The notes under the pieces: model-generated | Told to the model about the DNA's origin: nothing | What the model saw: only the letters and a program-made list of their open reading frames with translations | Databases searched by the model: none | In this document: positions 62,975-64,000 of the stretch, one piece after another | Position numbering within the stretch: the first letter of the stretch is position 1 | Layout: every line of letters starts with the position of its first letter | Virus record (IMG/VR): IMGVR_UViG_2974770163_000001 | Location: 32,001 to 96,000 of that record | Reading direction: 5' to 3' (one strand) | DNA: 64,000 nt | Origin: a virus | Lineage: Duplodnaviria; Caudoviricetes | Made by a program: the position numbers and the translations under genes

Positions 62975-63757
62975 TTAGTTAATTGCGTCAGTTAAAATTG
63001 CATGGCTTAAGTGAGCTTCTGCTAGTGCGTCGAATAATGCATCATGATAATTCGGTACTAGGTCAAAGTGTTCAATCAAAGACTTAGGAAGATTTGAGAA
63101 TACCCATTTAGCATATTCTTCAGCATTCTTCACTAAATACCCGTAGGTTTCTGGACTGAAACGCTGTCTTGCCAACCATTTAAGCGTTCTTGCAGATCCC
63201 ACTTCTGTAAATCTGTACACCTTATGGTCAGGAAAGTGCAGATCGAAGATACCCATGTCAAACTCTGGTCCATTTCCTAGTGCGTGAGGTTCCTTACCTA
63301 GGTGGCTACGGAAAATTTGTGATACATCTTCGAATTGCCTACTTCCGATAAACGACATAGTGTTGCCAGTATTAAATACATCGTTAAGCACAGGACCTAC
63401 CATAGCGTATAGGGGCTCTGCATTGTTCCAGGTACGCAACTGAGACTCTCGTACAGCCTGAGCTATACGTTCAGATGTAAGCCACCAGTTCTCTGTATCT
63501 GGGTCTGAGTGAAAATTTCCACTATCAACTTGAGACATAACATCCATCTTACCAATAAATAAGTACGGAAGTTCATGCTCTGGTACTATTGCGGCAAACG
63601 CAAATGTAGTCATGATAGGAATCAGTCCTGCAAATGCTGCTTCTTTAGGTCGAGATCTAGTTTCGATATCTAGAGCTACGACCGCCTTAGTTAATTCTTT
63701 CATTATTGTCCTCTTAGTATAAAGAAATCTATCAAAGACGTGCTCTTTGATAGACAT
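62975..63757 (-). CDS. DEDDh 3'-5' exonuclease (likely start MKELT)
   Basis: ALDIET, GNGPEFD and HDALFDA motifs. Confidence 0.8.
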   Translation of the reverse strand: MSIKEHVFDRFLYTKRTIMKELTKAVVALDIETRSRPKEAAFAGLIPIMTTFAFAAIVPEHELPYLFIGKMDVMSQVDSGNFHSDPDTENWWLTSERIAQAVRESQLRTWNNAEPLYAMVGPVLNDVFNTGNTMSFIGSRQFEDVSQIFRSHLGKEPHALGNGPEFDMGIFDLHFPDHKVYRFTEVGSARTLKWLARQRFSPETYGYLVKNAEEYAKWVFSNLPKSLIEHFDLVPNYHDALFDALAEAHLSHAILTDAIN

Positions 63758-63941
63758 CCTCGTAAGGATTGTCTAATTCATAATGATATTGCTCATCTAA
63801 CATATCTTCATATTCGGATAAGCAATCATCTAAGTTAGGTTTCTGGCGAACAAAATCCTTGGCGGAGCGATGTGCTCCACCTCGGTTAAAGTCATGCTTT
63901 GCGACTAGGTTTCTGGCGGCGACGGGTTTTGCGTTTTTCAT
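63732..63941 (-). CDS. Small conserved phage protein
   Basis: NLVAKHDFNRGGAH motif; AAGGA RBS. Confidence 0.72.
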   Translation of the reverse strand: MKNAKPVAARNLVAKHDFNRGGAHRSAKDFVRQKPNLDDCLSEYEDMLDEQYHYELDNPYEDVYQRARL

Positions 63942-64000
63942 TATCCTTCTCCTTTAGTGCCTTAGCACGTTTTTCTTCGTCGCGAATACGACGTGTAGTT

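Overview
This window is part of a T5-like (Demerecviridae-type) lytic siphophage genome, assembled with the terminal repeat collapsed. Positions 1-16.4 kb hold the late morphogenesis genes on the minus strand: tape measure, tail chaperones, tail tube and completion proteins, capsid, protease, decoration protein, portal, nicking endonuclease, terminases and a pb5-like receptor-binding protein. About 17.9-28 kb is the pre-early first-step-transfer (FST) region (dmp, A1, A2, a Cor-like lipoprotein), ending in a non-coding injection-stop-like segment. Positions 29.4-64 kb hold early genes (phosphatases, lysis cassette, dNMP kinase, GrcA, Rnl2 RNA ligase) and 28 tRNA genes covering all 20 amino acids. 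The most striking unexplained features are: (1) a 206-bp block at the FST end tiled with host regulator sites (LexA, 3x DnaA, Cra, FadR, Fur, 9 tandem MetJ boxes); (2) an rrn-like promoter-boxA-inverted-repeat chain enclosing pre-early genes; (3) several non-canonical CCA-ending tRNA-like or large structured RNAs, plus anticodon-loop mimics; (4) arrays of unannotated 20-46 aa membrane peptides. All calls come from reading the sequence and recalled family knowledge; no database searches or folding programs were run.
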